From assembly GCA_963705305.1 (NCBI GenBank), contig OY970067.1:3808001-3872000 (forward strand): a stretch of DNA of 64,000 nt. The letters are read 5' to 3'. A model generated the notes under the pieces. The model saw nothing but the letters and a program-made list of their open reading frames with translations, ran no database searches and was not told the origin of the DNA. The translations under genes and the position numbers were made by a program. Numbering within the stretch: the first letter of the stretch is position 1; each line of letters starts with the position of its first letter. This document shows positions 63,977 to 64,000 of the stretch, one piece after another. This stretch comes from an uncultured Methylomirabilota bacterium (GTDB lineage Bacteria; Methylomirabilota; Methylomirabilia; Methylomirabilales; 2-02-FULL-66-22).

Positions 63977-64000
63977 ATGAAGATCTCGACAAAGGGCGAT
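63977..64000 (+). CDS. Rrf2 family regulator (IscR/CymR-like), 3' partial
   Basis: MKISTKGD N-terminus with purine-rich RBS. Confidence 0.65.

Overview
GC-rich bacterial chromosomal window. Gene content and repeat style suggest Methylomirabilota/NC10 or a related lineage, which is an inference. The housekeeping backbone comprises PAC2, yggS, tal, an HD hydrolase, a mazEF-type TA pair, rnd, holA, gcvTHPaPb, an ECF sigma module, archease, gpsA, a DRG-like GTPase, purC, PBP1A, a two-component pair, Memo/AMMECR1, an ArnT-type glycosylation cluster, purHDE and the start of an Rrf2 gene. It is interrupted by a decaying ~17.8 kb tyrosine-integrase island (9016-26820). Both att ends can be read directly, and the island appears inserted in the -35 box of the gcv promoter. 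It carries a TPP riboswitch-thiC-NCS1 permease operon whose thiC has an in-frame deletion. An ORF missed by the ORF track (38150-38377) encodes a glutaredoxin-like protein with two probable selenocysteines (UPYT and C-terminal UAV-stop). Intergenic DNA is densely occupied by modular, nesting MITE/REP-like and 7-8-mer tandem repeats. One of these truncates a cytochrome c' gene and another sits in frame in a histidine kinase.
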